From contig JAZLKE010000015.1 of the NCBI GenBank assembly GCA_045597505.1, forward strand, positions 1 through 55,074: a DNA stretch of 55,074 nucleotides, in the 5' to 3' direction. Positions 18,774-29,178 of this stretch are shown here, in pieces. Both the position numbers and the translations under genes were made by a program. Numbering within the stretch: the first letter of the stretch is position 1; every line of letters starts with the position of its first letter. The notes beneath the pieces were generated by a model. The model did no database searches and had not been told where the DNA came from. It saw only the letters and a program-made list of their open reading frames with translations. The stretch is from Clostridia bacterium. Lineage in GTDB: Bacteria > Bacillota > Clostridia > Christensenellales > UBA1242.

Positions 18774-21035
18774 ATGAAACAAACCGAAGATTTTAGCACA
18801 CTGGACCGTTACTTCCGCGCCGCCAATTATTTATCTGTGGCGCAACTGTACTTACGCGACAATCCAATTTTGGAACGCCCACTGACCCGCGCGGATATTA
18901 AAGCCCGCATTTTAGGTCATTGGGGAACAGTTGTGGGTCAAAACTTTGTTTATACACATCTCAGTCGGGCAATTAAAAAGTTCGACCAAGATATGGTTTT
19001 AATTTCGGGTCCGGGTCATGGCGGTAACTTTTTTATTGCTAACGCTTATTTAGAAGGTACATACAGCGAAGTTTATCCAGAATACACGCGCGACAAAGCC
19101 GGCATGCAAAAACTATGTCGTGAGTTTTCTTATCCATGTGGCGTATCGTCCCATGTGGCACCCCAAGTTCCCGGTAGTATGCACGAAGGTGGCGAACTGG
19201 GTTATTCGTTGGCTCACGGTTTTGGCGCAGTTTTAGACCACCCGAATTTGGTGGCGGCGGTTATCGTGGGTGACGGCGAAGCCGAAACTGGTCCTTTGTC
19301 CGCCAGTTGGTGGGGCACCAAATTTTTGAATAGCCAAAAGGACGGAAATGTTTTACCAATTTTGCATTTGAACGGATACAAAATCGCAAACCCGACACTG
19401 CTCGCCCGAATTACACCCGAAGAGCGTCATCAATTTTTTGCGGGTTTAGGTTATGAAGCCATTGAAGTCGTGGTTGGTCGAAATCCCGCAGACATCATGC
19501 AAGACCACCAAAACATGGCGAACGCGATTGATTATTGTTTACAATGTTTCCGCACCAAAAACGGCAAACACCCAATGATTATTTTGAATTCGCCCAAAGG
19601 TTGGACTGGTCCCGTTACCGTGGACGGTCGCGCAGTTGCGGGTACTTTTAATTCGCACCAAGTGCCAGTTGATATGAGCCAACCACACCACGTACAAATT
19701 GTTCAAGATTGGTTACAATCTTATCGACCGCACGAATTATTTAATGCAGACGGTTCTTTACAAGCCGACATTGCGGCGTTCTGTCCAACGGGTAACCGCC
19801 GTTTATCCGCGAACCCATTAACCCGTGGTGGCAATCAATACACACCATTAAAACTGCCTCAAATTAAACCTTTTTTTGTGGACACCAAAGCGACCGTACA
19901 AGATATGAATGTGTTGTCAAATTATGTGGCGGCGGTCATGCAACTTAACCCCAACAATTTCCGTTTCTTTTGTCCTGACGAAGCCAAATCTAATCGCCTG
20001 TATGCTCCATTTACTGTGACCAACCGTGCTTGGCAAGCCGCGCGCTATCAATTCGATGAAGGTTTAGCACCCGACGGTCGTATCATGGACGGCATGCTTT
20101 CCGAACACATGTGCGAAGGCATGTTAGAAGGTTACACTTTAACTGGTCGCCATGGCTTTTTCGCCACCTATGAATCTTTTGGTCGCGTAGTCGACAGTAT
20201 GTTAAATCAACACGCGAAATGGTTAAAGCAAACCCGCTTAATGCCGTGGCGCACCCCATTACCGTGTATCAACTTTATTAACACCAGCCACACTTGGCAA
20301 CAAGACCACAACGGTTTCAGTCACCAAGACACTGGTATGGCAACTCATCTGTTAGACAAAGACCCACATGTCGTGCGTTGCTATTTCCCTGCGGACGCCA
20401 ATACTTTGGTGGCGGTCTTTGATCAGTGCTTACACGACACCAATAAAATCAATTTGATTACGGCTTCCAAGCACCCGACCCATGGTTGGCGTACGGGTGC
20501 GCAAGCCTTAGCCGACGTTAAAACTGGAATCAGCATTTGGCACGAAGAAACCAACCCCGACGTAGTTTTGGCTTGCATGGGCGACACCCCAACCACCGAA
20601 TGTATGGCGGCAATGAAAATTTTACAAGCTCAACTGCCGAACTTGAAAGTTCGTTTGGTCAACGTGATTGATGCGGGTATCTTGAACGGACGCGAAGACA
20701 GTTTGAACGATGTGGACTATGCGCGTTACTTTACTAACGACAAACCCGTGGTTTTTGTTACCCATACTTACCGCAGTTTGATTTACAGTTTAATTGTCAA
20801 ACGTCCAAACAGCCACCGCTACACTGTCAAAGGCTACCACGAAAACGGCGCCATTACGACCGCGTTTGATATGCGAGTATTAAACGAAATCGACCGCTTC
20901 CACATTGTAAAAGACGTCTTAGCCGCGACTACCCCGAACCCACAATTAGCAACCGCCATGGACGAACAATTAAAGCAACACCGAGCCTACATTGTGGAAC
21001 ACGGCATCGACCCCGAATGGGTGACAAACTTCTAA
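18774..21035 (+). CDS. xfp: Xylulose-5-P/fructose-6-P phosphoketolase
   Basis: RAANYLSVAQLYL, GHWGT, GPGHG, HEGGELGY, GDGEAETGP (TPP binding), QDHNGFSHQD. Confidence 0.96.
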   Translation: MKQTEDFSTLDRYFRAANYLSVAQLYLRDNPILERPLTRADIKARILGHWGTVVGQNFVYTHLSRAIKKFDQDMVLISGPGHGGNFFIANAYLEGTYSEVYPEYTRDKAGMQKLCREFSYPCGVSSHVAPQVPGSMHEGGELGYSLAHGFGAVLDHPNLVAAVIVGDGEAETGPLSASWWGTKFLNSQKDGNVLPILHLNGYKIANPTLLARITPEERHQFFAGLGYEAIEVVVGRNPADIMQDHQNMANAIDYCLQCFRTKNGKHPMIILNSPKGWTGPVTVDGRAVAGTFNSHQVPVDMSQPHHVQIVQDWLQSYRPHELFNADGSLQADIAAFCPTGNRRLSANPLTRGGNQYTPLKLPQIKPFFVDTKATVQDMNVLSNYVAAVMQLNPNNFRFFCPDEAKSNRLYAPFTVTNRAWQAARYQFDEGLAPDGRIMDGMLSEHMCEGMLEGYTLTGRHGFFATYESFGRVVDSMLNQHAKWLKQTRLMPWRTPLPCINFINTSHTWQQDHNGFSHQDTGMATHLLDKDPHVVRCYFPADANTLVAVFDQCLHDTNKINLITASKHPTHGWRTGAQALADVKTGISIWHEETNPDVVLACMGDTPTTECMAAMKILQAQLPNLKVRLVNVIDAGILNGREDSLNDVDYARYFTNDKPVVFVTHTYRSLIYSLIVKRPNSHRYTVKGYHENGAITTAFDMRVLNEIDRFHIVKDVLAATTPNPQLATAMDEQLKQHRAYIVEHGIDPEWVTNF

Positions 21036-21048
21036 ACAACCATGACAA

Positions 21049-21078
21049 CAAAAAACACCGTTCGCACGGTGTTTTTTT
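21049..21078. terminator. Bidirectional intrinsic terminator
   Basis: AAAAAACACCGT tcgc ACGGTGTTTTTTT. Confidence 0.88.
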
Positions 21079-21136
21079 AAGCACAGAATTTTAATTAGTC
21101 GACCAAAAAATCATTACCAATAAGCTATTAACAATT

Positions 21137-23422
21137 TTAGCAGCGCGACGAATGGCAGGAAAAATAAATCAATTGGCGGTCGTGGGCAATGTCATTTAAA
21201 AACGCTTTGGCTTTGGCAATTTTGGTTTCGTCCAGATTGATAAACGGGTCGTCCAAGATAATGAATGGTTTTTCGCCCATGTAAAGGGTATCAATCAACG
21301 CAAAACGCATGCTTAAATTAAACGCATTTTGGTAACCCAAACTGTAACTATTGACGTCATGCAACTGACCGTACTCTTCCAATTGTAATTTGAAATCGGT
21401 ATCCAAATTCAAATTATGGAAATCTTGTTCGGTCAGTTTAGTTAAATATTTTTGCAAGCCTTGTTTCAACGGTTCCAAAAATTTGGCGGACAGACTTTGT
21501 TTGGCTGTTTGTAAATATTGAATTGCGTTTTGTACCGCCTTGTGTTCTGCACGGGCGAAAACCAGTTGCGCTTGTAAGTCGGCTTTGTGTTGACGTAAAT
21601 CGTCCAAGTCCGCCATTTCATAGTTAATCGCGTTAATTTGACTGGACAATGTAGCAATGTGCGTTTTATGAGTATCAATTTGTTTTTGTAAGTCTGCGTC
21701 GGCTTGTTGCAATGCGTTAATATCCGTAATGACCGCAGTTTCGTCCATGTCAAAATTTTTATCGGCTTTGAATTGCGCTAAGGCTTGATTTTTAATGGTT
21801 AATTGTTTTTGCCATGCGGTCAAGTCTGCCAAAGTTTGCGCCAAAATACGGAGTTTTTCCGCGGGCAATTGTACGGAATTAGCAAACTTAAATTGCGCCA
21901 AATATTGGTCAAGTTGGGTTTGCTCGTTTGCCAGTTCGTGCGCCAGTGTGTCGGATTGTGTCGCCACCCAAGCCTTTTGTTGTGTTAAACTTTGGTACGC
22001 GCGTAAATTATCTTGGACGCGGTTAAGCGCAATTTGATAATCGTCCGTGTTTTCGTACGGCGTTAAAAATTCCAAAATTTGTTTTTGCAAGCGTACCAAA
22101 CGGGCTTGATCGGCTTGTAATTGTTGGCTGTCCACGTTGCCCGCGTTGGCGGTTTTAGTGTTAATTAAATTAACCAAAGATAAATAAGCCGCGCCCAAAG
22201 TTCCGACACCACCCACCACAATTAAAGTAATGGCAACCGCGGTCTGCATCGTTAATAATATTGCACCCGCCAAAACCAAAAACAATCCCACACCCAACAA
22301 ACTGCAACACAAAACTTTGCGCTTTCGTTGAGTAACCACATCGGCGGGCGCCATACGACCAGTACGGTTTTGTATGGTCTGATATTCCATGACAGCTTGC
22401 GTCGTGGCTTGTATTTGTTCCGTGGTCGGAATTTTACCACCAAAATATTGGGTCAATTCTTGTTCGCGCGCACGCAAGTAACCAGCATCGGCTTGCATTT
22501 GCATGGCACTGGTTTTGGCGGCAATATTTTGCTCTACACCCACATAGTGGTCAATTTCCGCTTGGTTGGTTTGGTGATGGTTTAACACTTGCTCCGCAGT
22601 AGCAATCTGCGTTTGTAAATCCGTAATGGCATGGTTATATTGGGCGTACAAATCTTGGTTAGCGCGCTTTTGTTCCAATTTACCGTAATCTTTGATTTGG
22701 GCTTTGACACGGTTTTGGGCGTCCAGTAGTTCGGCGACTTTGATATTGTTTTCCGCGATTTCATTTTCGTATTGCGGAATGATTTGACCGCGATTTTCTA
22801 ATTCGTGAATTTTAATTTCGACGGTATCAATTTGGGCTTGCAGATTTTCAACTTGCCCAGTTTTTTGTTGATTAGATAGAGCGACACGTTTTTTATCCAA
22901 ACGGTTTTTTGCGTTTTCAAAATTGAAATCTTCGTTACCACCTTGTAAAAGATGGTTCAAGCGCGCGGAAATACTTTCGTTGATTGCGCTATCTAAAACC
23001 TTTTGCGGTAAGTAACAACTGCGTTCAAACGCGTCCGCGTCAAGCTGGAATAATTCGACACCCAGATTGGCAGAAAAGTCCCGAGTGGATTTACCAGTAC
23101 TAACATTTATCAAGTTAAAAGTATCGTCCGCCGCTTTCTTACCGAAGGAGCGTTCAATTTTGTATTGTTTACCACCGACCTCAAAAATTAAATTACCACC
23201 AAAATTGCCACCTTGCCATGGTTGATATTTCTTGCGTTCGTTTTCGTTAAGGTTACGACGTGTCGTGGTCGGCAAGCCGTAAAACATGGCTTTAATAAAA
23301 GTTGCCAACGTGCTTTTGCCCCAACCGTTATCTTGCTTAATACAGTTCAAACCGTCAGTAAAATGGTAATCGTAATTTTGTAAATGACCAAAATTTTCAA
23401 CATGACATTGTACCAGTTTCAT
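21137..23422 (-). CDS. SMC/SbcC-like AAA ATPase with coiled coil and central TM hairpin (YhaN-like)
   Basis: NGWGKST Walker A, SYSLG signature, IILDDPF, FSCH. Confidence 0.88.
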   Translation of the reverse strand: MKLVQCHVENFGHLQNYDYHFTDGLNCIKQDNGWGKSTLATFIKAMFYGLPTTTRRNLNENERKKYQPWQGGNFGGNLIFEVGGKQYKIERSFGKKAADDTFNLINVSTGKSTRDFSANLGVELFQLDADAFERSCYLPQKVLDSAINESISARLNHLLQGGNEDFNFENAKNRLDKKRVALSNQQKTGQVENLQAQIDTVEIKIHELENRGQIIPQYENEIAENNIKVAELLDAQNRVKAQIKDYGKLEQKRANQDLYAQYNHAITDLQTQIATAEQVLNHHQTNQAEIDHYVGVEQNIAAKTSAMQMQADAGYLRAREQELTQYFGGKIPTTEQIQATTQAVMEYQTIQNRTGRMAPADVVTQRKRKVLCCSLLGVGLFLVLAGAILLTMQTAVAITLIVVGGVGTLGAAYLSLVNLINTKTANAGNVDSQQLQADQARLVRLQKQILEFLTPYENTDDYQIALNRVQDNLRAYQSLTQQKAWVATQSDTLAHELANEQTQLDQYLAQFKFANSVQLPAEKLRILAQTLADLTAWQKQLTIKNQALAQFKADKNFDMDETAVITDINALQQADADLQKQIDTHKTHIATLSSQINAINYEMADLDDLRQHKADLQAQLVFARAEHKAVQNAIQYLQTAKQSLSAKFLEPLKQGLQKYLTKLTEQDFHNLNLDTDFKLQLEEYGQLHDVNSYSLGYQNAFNLSMRFALIDTLYMGEKPFIILDDPFINLDETKIAKAKAFLNDIAHDRQLIYFSCHSSRC

Positions 23423-24499
23423 TTACAAGTCCTCCCCTGCGAGCGCTTTCAACCCCAATGTAATGACTTGGTCTTTTTCCGATTCGGAAAGCGTGCTGTG
23501 CCAAACTTGGCGGACAAATTCGCCACGCAAAGAAATATCGTGCGCCAAATCTTGCTCATTGACGGACAAACAACTTTCGTCTTTGATTTTGGCAAAATAA
23601 AATTGTTGATTAAGTTTTTGTTCCAAAAAGGTTAAATGCTTTTCCATTGACAATTGGTATTTACCAATAAGAACTACTTTCAACAAAGAATTATTGGGCA
23701 GGGTTTTTGTCTGTGCCATAATTTGGTCTTCCAAGGCATACCAATCGTGATACGGGGTCAAATCAAAAGTTAATTCAAGTAACTGGCGCGTCGCAAATGG
23801 CACAAACGTACTTTGAATTTTATTGTCTTCTATATCTAGCAAGACAAAACCTTTGTCGCCACATTCGTCAAAGCCACGACCTTCCAGGCAGCCAGCGTAA
23901 CAATATACCCCGCGCTTGTCCAAATAACCTTGGGTATAACTATGAATATGCCCAAGTGCTAAATAGTCAATGTTTTTGTTTTTTAATTTATTCAGGTTAA
24001 TGCTTTCGGCTTGGTCACGGTTGTCAGATTGTCCGATTTGTCCGTGCATGACCACGATATTCAAACCTGCATCGGGTAAACGCAAAGTATCATAAACAGT
24101 TGCGTGGTTAGCAGGACTTAACACGATCCCAGCAATGTTGACCGCAGGATAATTAAACTGTGTCCATTGTGTACCAAAAATTTTTAAGTTACTGGGCACA
24201 CTGTCCAAGTTTTCAATAAAGTTGGTTTCGTCGTGGTTACCGCTTAAATACAAAAAATCAATTTGTGAATGTTTGGTAATGGTATTCAAAACACGACTTT
24301 GGGTTGAATTCATCACGTGTGCCGTATCAAACATATCGCCCGCAATAATAATCGCGGTCACGTCATTTTGTTCCGCGTAATCTACCATGCGTTCAAAAGT
24401 ATTGAGAATTTCGGCTTTACGCTCTTTGGCTTGGGTAGCCGATAAATTGGTTTCCATACGGCTGTCCAAATGCAAATCTGCGCAATGAATAATTTTCAT
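23423..24499 (-). CDS. SbcD/Mre11-like metallophosphoesterase nuclease (YhaO-like)
   Basis: HCADLHL, AGDMFD, GNHD, ALGHIH, GCLEGRGFDECG. Confidence 0.9.
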   Translation of the reverse strand: MKIIHCADLHLDSRMETNLSATQAKERKAEILNTFERMVDYAEQNDVTAIIIAGDMFDTAHVMNSTQSRVLNTITKHSQIDFLYLSGNHDETNFIENLDSVPSNLKIFGTQWTQFNYPAVNIAGIVLSPANHATVYDTLRLPDAGLNIVVMHGQIGQSDNRDQAESINLNKLKNKNIDYLALGHIHSYTQGYLDKRGVYCYAGCLEGRGFDECGDKGFVLLDIEDNKIQSTFVPFATRQLLELTFDLTPYHDWYALEDQIMAQTKTLPNNSLLKVVLIGKYQLSMEKHLTFLEQKLNQQFYFAKIKDESCLSVNEQDLAHDISLRGEFVRQVWHSTLSESEKDQVITLGLKALAGEDL

Positions 24500-24512
24500 C
24501 AGTTGCCTCCGT

Positions 24513-25241
24513 TTACCAGCGCACCGAACAAGTCAACACGGATTGTTCGGCTTTTTTCACGGTGTAAACGCGTTCATGTAATTGATTAGGTAAAGTATGT
24601 TCGCCCGCATAAATTGACAAAGTATCACCCAAGAATGATTGGTTTTGGTACGCAATTTGCAGTTCTTTGGGTGCCATACCGCGCCATTCGTCCAAAGTAA
24701 AAGTATTGATTAACAAGCGGATATATTCAACATTATTAGTGTGACCAGCGTAGTCAATATTGCTGGTGCGTACAGGTACAGTATCAACCAATTTATCCGC
24801 GCCGTCCATAGTATTCCATGGTAAGTCATAAGGCGCGGTTACCACTTTAATCCGTTGTTCAGTATCAATTGTATCCATACGACGAATACGACCAGTTTGA
24901 CCGTCAACCGCGCAAATTTCCGTACGCGCATACAATGCAATTTTACCGCCTTTTTTCACACAAACGTCTGCGTTAATGCGGGCTGCCGATTTCATTGAAA
25001 AAAAGCAATCCGCGACAATTTCGTCTTGCCAGTTAATGTCCTGCAAAAATTGCAAATGATTTTTGGCAAAGACCATTAAAGCACCATATTTGCGACGTAC
25101 GGTTAAGCCGTCCAATTCTAATTCTGCCATGGTCGCGGTTACCGCATCTTCAATCAAAGTCAACGCACCAATCAAAGACAGACGACCACTGGGGTCGCAA
25201 GCACCGGCGCCAATTGTTTGTCGCATGGTAAATTTTTTCAT
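24513..25241 (-). CDS. Acyl-ACP thioesterase (double hotdog)
   Basis: SNIDYAGHTNNVEY motif. Confidence 0.82.
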   Translation of the reverse strand: MKKFTMRQTIGAGACDPSGRLSLIGALTLIEDAVTATMAELELDGLTVRRKYGALMVFAKNHLQFLQDINWQDEIVADCFFSMKSAARINADVCVKKGGKIALYARTEICAVDGQTGRIRRMDTIDTEQRIKVVTAPYDLPWNTMDGADKLVDTVPVRTSNIDYAGHTNNVEYIRLLINTFTLDEWRGMAPKELQIAYQNQSFLGDTLSIYAGEHTLPNQLHERVYTVKKAEQSVLTCSVRW

Positions 25242-25281
25242 ACTTCAATTATAGACTATCCGTCGGGTTCCGTCTAATCAA

Positions 25282-26256
25282 TTACTTTTTCAGATTTTCA
25301 GCCGTTTGTTTGGCGACTTTTTTGCTTTTGTGAATTGGGAAAATTTCTTTCAAATCGTCGTTTTCCAAATCAAAGTGATGTTTGTTTTTACGTTGTTTTT
25401 CGTTACGCGCTGGTAAGCCGTTACCAATTACGGGAACAGCGGGCGTGTCTTTACGTTCGCGAATTTCTACTTGGTTGTAATCAATCGAAATGCCACGGCG
25501 TTTGAATTCGTTAAACACAGTTTCGGTAATGTCAAAATACACGTTCCAATAATCTTCGCGGTCACACCAGCAACGACCCACAAACAGCAAATTGCTGTCA
25601 CCCATAGATTTCAAACGGCAAAATGGCTCTGGGTCCAGACGTACCATGCCATTGCTTTTCATGCAATCAATAACAGTCTTTTTAACCAATTCGACATCGT
25701 TGTTGTAGCCAACTTCAAATTCAAAATTTACACGGCGAGTATTGTTACTGTCGTAGTTAGTCACAACTTCGTTCAAAATTTTATTATTGGGGATAGTAAT
25801 GCGTTTATTGTCGGGCGTAATCAAAGTAATGTACAAGAAATTGATTTGCGCAATCGAACCTTCCACACCACCGACCGCAATATAGTCGCCTTTTTTGAAC
25901 ATGCCGCTGGAAACGATAATGATACCGTTTGCCAAGTTTGCAATGTTGTTTTGTAACGCCAAGCCCACCGCCAATAAAACGGCGCTCAACGCGGTAACAA
26001 TCCAAGTAATACCAATACCCAAAATTTCCAACAAGACTAAGACAAAGACAAAGTACAACAAGAATTTAATAATCGCCATAATAAAGCCCACCGCAATCGG
26101 TTCAATGTGCGTACGGCGGAAAATGCGTTTCAAAATATTTAACAACAATTTAATGGCGATAATCCCAAAAATTAAAACCGCAAAAAAAGTCACAATGTGC
26201 CAAACATTACCGCGGAAGAAATTTACAATTGTATCCCATGTTGCTTGCCAATTCAT
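25282..26256 (-). CDS. mscS: Small-conductance mechanosensitive channel family protein
   Basis: GLALQNNIANLANG, FKKGDYI, TPDNKRITIPN. Confidence 0.92.
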   Translation of the reverse strand: MNWQATWDTIVNFFRGNVWHIVTFFAVLIFGIIAIKLLLNILKRIFRRTHIEPIAVGFIMAIIKFLLYFVFVLVLLEILGIGITWIVTALSAVLLAVGLALQNNIANLANGIIIVSSGMFKKGDYIAVGGVEGSIAQINFLYITLITPDNKRITIPNNKILNEVVTNYDSNNTRRVNFEFEVGYNNDVELVKKTVIDCMKSNGMVRLDPEPFCRLKSMGDSNLLFVGRCWCDREDYWNVYFDITETVFNEFKRRGISIDYNQVEIRERKDTPAVPVIGNGLPARNEKQRKNKHHFDLENDDLKEIFPIHKSKKVAKQTAENLKK

Positions 26257-26346
26257 AATTTTCATTATAACACTTTACGCTAAAATTACAAGATTAAATT
26301 GGCTGTCATTTGACAATTTTCCAAGCGCAACTTAATATGCATAAAT

Positions 26347-26973
26347 ATGAAAGTAATTTTATTTAACGGCAGCACACACCGTAACGGTTGCACCGCGCAA
26401 GCATTGGACATTGTCGCCAAAACCTTAAACACAGACGGAATTAACACGGAAGTTTTATCGGTTGGCACCCAAGGAGTACATGACTGTATCGCGTGTCGCG
26501 CATGTAAAAACGGCGATGGGGCTTGTGTTTTCAAAGACGATTGCGTTAATAGTTGGTTAGAAAAAATTAAAACTGCGGACGGCTTTGTTTTTGGCAGTCC
26601 AGTTTATTATGCCCACCCGACTGGCGCATTATTGTCCGCCATGGATCGTTTGTTTTTTGCTGGTGGTCAATTCATGCACCACAAACCCGCGGTTGCTGTT
26701 TTAACCGCTCGTCGTGCTGGCACCACCGCCAGTATGGACGTCATCAACAAGTACTTCGCATTCAACCAAATGCCAATTGTGACCGCAACTTATTGGAACC
26801 AAATTTACCGTGACACAAACGGTACGCCGACCGCAGACGCAGAAGGCACCCAAACATTGGAACATTTAGCCCACAACATGGCGTGGTTATTAAAGTGTAT
26901 TGACAGTGGCAAACAAAACGGCGTTACCATACCCGCGCAAAACAAGACGACCTTTACCAATTTTATAAAATAA
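26347..26973 (+). CDS. Iron-sulfur flavoprotein / flavodoxin-like FMN reductase family
   Basis: NGSTHRNGCT, CIACRAC...C, GSPVYY, ARRAG. Confidence 0.88.
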   Translation: MKVILFNGSTHRNGCTAQALDIVAKTLNTDGINTEVLSVGTQGVHDCIACRACKNGDGACVFKDDCVNSWLEKIKTADGFVFGSPVYYAHPTGALLSAMDRLFFAGGQFMHHKPAVAVLTARRAGTTASMDVINKYFAFNQMPIVTATYWNQIYRDTNGTPTADAEGTQTLEHLAHNMAWLLKCIDSGKQNGVTIPAQNKTTFTNFIK

Positions 26974-27054
26974 TTATTTGTGATTTAACACGATAACCAA
27001 CAACACGACAGCCACAATAATTTCAATGATAACTTTAATCAGTTTCTTTTTCAC
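26974..27054 (-). CDS. Candidate 26-aa single-TM small protein MKKKLIKVIIEIIVAVVLLVIVLNHK
   Basis: GTG start 6 nt after extended -10 TGtTAAAAT; basic N-terminus plus hydrophobic helix; fills the intergenic gap. Confidence 0.55.
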   Translation of the reverse strand: MKKKLIKVIIEIIVAVVLLVIVLNHK

Positions 27055-27092
27055 AACTTTATTTTAACACAGCTGGATTAACCCCACCTAAC

Positions 27093-27124
27093 AAAAAAAC
27101 ACCGCCAAGTCGACGGTGTTTTTT
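27093..27124 (-). terminator. Intrinsic terminator of eno
   Basis: AAAAAAACACCG...CGGTGTTTTTT. Confidence 0.85.
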
Positions 27125-27142
27125 GTTGATTGTTAATTCAGA

Positions 27143-28426
27143 TTAACGAATACCACGTTCAATGTTCATGATACGGTTGTATTTGCAAACACGTTCACCA
27201 CGAACAGGAGCGCCAGATTTAATAAATTCAGCATCGGTTGCGACCGCCAAATCAGCAATGATGGTATCACTGGTTTCACCACTGCGGTGAGAAATCATAA
27301 CTTTATAGTTATTGTTTTTCGCCAAAGCGATGGTTTCCAAAGTTTCGGTCAAAGAACCAATTTGGTTCAATTTAATCAAGATTGCGTTGCAAGCGCCCAT
27401 GTTGATACCTTTGGCTAAACGTTCTTTGTTAGTAACGAAGAAGTCGTCACCCACAATAGTAATACGGTTACCAATACGTTTGGTCAACGCCGCATAACCT
27501 TCCCAGTCGTTTTGATCCAATGGATCTTCAATTGATTTTAAGATTGGGAATTTTTCTACCAAGGAAGCGATATATTCAACGTATTCGCCACTTGGCAAAT
27601 CTTTCTTTTCGCCTTTCATTACATAGTGACCAGTTTCGCGATTGTAGAATTCCGAAGCAGCTACGTCCAAAGCCACGACAACATCTTTGACCGGAGTATA
27701 GCCTGCTTTTTCAATTGCGGCCTCAATCAATTCAATCGCACCAGCAATTGGGCTTTCGGTATCCAAACGTGGAGCAAAACCACCTTCATCACCAACCGCT
27801 GTAACCAAACCTTTTTCTGCCAAAATATTTTTCAAAGCTTGGGTAATTTCCGAAGCCATACGAACTTTGTCGGCAAAGGTTTTACCACTGATTGGTTGAA
27901 TCATAAATTCTTGGCAATCAATACCACTGTCGGCATGTTTACCACCGTTAATAATGTTGAAACTTGGAACGGTATTAACCACTGGGGCTTTACCTTTGTT
28001 CAACGGAGAGCGTTTACCGCCAACTTCTTCGTACAAATCAGCAATGTATTCAAACGGTTCTTGTCCTTTGTCCGCAGCGGCTGCATAAGCGCAAGCGCAA
28101 GATACACCCAAAATCGCGTTAGCACCCAATTTACCTTTGTTGTTGGTACCGTCCAAGTGGCACAATTCACGGTCGATTTTGATTTGTTCGCTGACATCTT
28201 TACCAATAAATTCTGGCGCAATAATTTTGTTAACATTTTCAACGGCTTTCAAAACACCTTTACCGTTAAAACGTTTTTTATCACCATCGCGCAATTCAAC
28301 TGCTTCCCATTCACCAGTTGAAGCACCGCTTGGCACACTGGCTTGGTGACCATTGACCCAAACAGTAACAGTTGGGTTACCACGACTGTCCAAAATTTCA
28401 CTGGCAACAATTTTTTCGATTTTCAT
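27143..28426 (-). CDS. eno: Enolase
   Basis: DSRGNPTV, VPSGASTG, GDEGGFAP, SHRSGET; SD AAGGAG. Confidence 0.98.
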   Translation of the reverse strand: MKIEKIVASEILDSRGNPTVTVWVNGHQASVPSGASTGEWEAVELRDGDKKRFNGKGVLKAVENVNKIIAPEFIGKDVSEQIKIDRELCHLDGTNNKGKLGANAILGVSCACAYAAAADKGQEPFEYIADLYEEVGGKRSPLNKGKAPVVNTVPSFNIINGGKHADSGIDCQEFMIQPISGKTFADKVRMASEITQALKNILAEKGLVTAVGDEGGFAPRLDTESPIAGAIELIEAAIEKAGYTPVKDVVVALDVAASEFYNRETGHYVMKGEKKDLPSGEYVEYIASLVEKFPILKSIEDPLDQNDWEGYAALTKRIGNRITIVGDDFFVTNKERLAKGINMGACNAILIKLNQIGSLTETLETIALAKNNNYKVMISHRSGETSDTIIADLAVATDAEFIKSGAPVRGERVCKYNRIMNIERGIR

Positions 28427-28564
28427 TTTTCTTTATTTTCTCCTTTTTATACAAAGGTTATTATATATCTAATCAAAAAAAACGACAAATAGATTGTGGC
28501 ACTTGCGCGAAATTTTAAACAAAATCGCGCCAGAAACTGTACCCCGCCACAAAGGAACTACCAT

Positions 28565-28600
28565 AAAAAAAGCCTAATCCAAAGCAGATTAGGCTTTTAT
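28565..28600. terminator. Intrinsic terminator
   Basis: AAAAGCCTAATC caaagca GATTAGGCTTTT. Confidence 0.8.
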
Positions 28601-28613
28601 TTCAGGACAACTT

Positions 28614-29096
28614 TTAGTGCTTCTTTTTATCAATAATCGTGTAAGTAGTACTAGCAACTGCTGCAGCACCAAAAATAATCATAAAAACAATCATTACCGT
28701 GCGCGCCGTAGTTGCACCATTATTGGTTAAAGTCATTGAATAACCTGCTCCACTCATCTCAATTTTATATGTATCGATTTTGCCTATGTTTGTATAGTTT
28801 ACTCCACTATCAGAAGAAATAAAAATTTCACCATTTGTAACTTTATACTTTAGTTCCTCTTCTTCAAATTTTGAATCATTACCAACAACCGATGTAATTG
28901 CAGCCACCGCATTGTTATCATCTTTCAAATTCATTTCAAATTTAATCTTTGCGCCAAACACAGTTTCTTCACCAGTGTACGTTCCATGTGAATAACTTTG
29001 CGATGATACGACAATCAATGCCACCAATAAAATAACGAAAATCGCCGAAGTACAACACAAGGCTGGTATTTGTAAAAATTTTTTTAATTTTTCCAT
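28614..29096 (-). CDS. Hypothetical two-TM membrane protein with extracellular beta domain (AT-rich)
   Basis: SD AAGGAG before ATG 29096; N- and C-terminal TM helices. Confidence 0.8.
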   Translation of the reverse strand: MEKLKKFLQIPALCCTSAIFVILLVALIVVSSQSYSHGTYTGEETVFGAKIKFEMNLKDDNNAVAAITSVVGNDSKFEEEELKYKVTNGEIFISSDSGVNYTNIGKIDTYKIEMSGAGYSMTLTNNGATTARTVMIVFMIIFGAAAVASTTYTIIDKKKH

Positions 29097-29114
29097 TTTG
29101 TTTTTCTCCTTTTT

Positions 29115-29168
29115 TAGCCCCATGGGGCTATTTATTCAAATCATACTCCCATAGGGCTAAAATGTCAA
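29115..29168. promoter_or_regulatory. Two related operator palindromes over the promoter of the 28614-29096 gene
   Basis: TAGCCCCATGGGGCTA (perfect, 29115-29130) and TACTCCCATAGGGCTA (29144-29159); minus TTGACA(29168-29163)-17-TATGAT. Confidence 0.7.
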
Positions 29169-29178
29169 TAGAAAGAAT

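Noticed and set aside
21137-24499. Nuclease + SMC-like ATPase pair as a novel defence system
   Set aside because: Matches the widespread YhaO/YhaN-type pair and has host-like composition
27626-28321. 231-aa plus-strand ORF and similar shadow ORFs opposite mscS, rplA, glnS and hyd genes
   Set aside because: Antisense to well-supported genes, no motifs or start signals; explained by codon bias
28494-28552. Imperfect long hairpin upstream of eno as a riboswitch or sRNA
   Set aside because: Lies upstream of the apparent eno promoter and matches no RNA family I recognise
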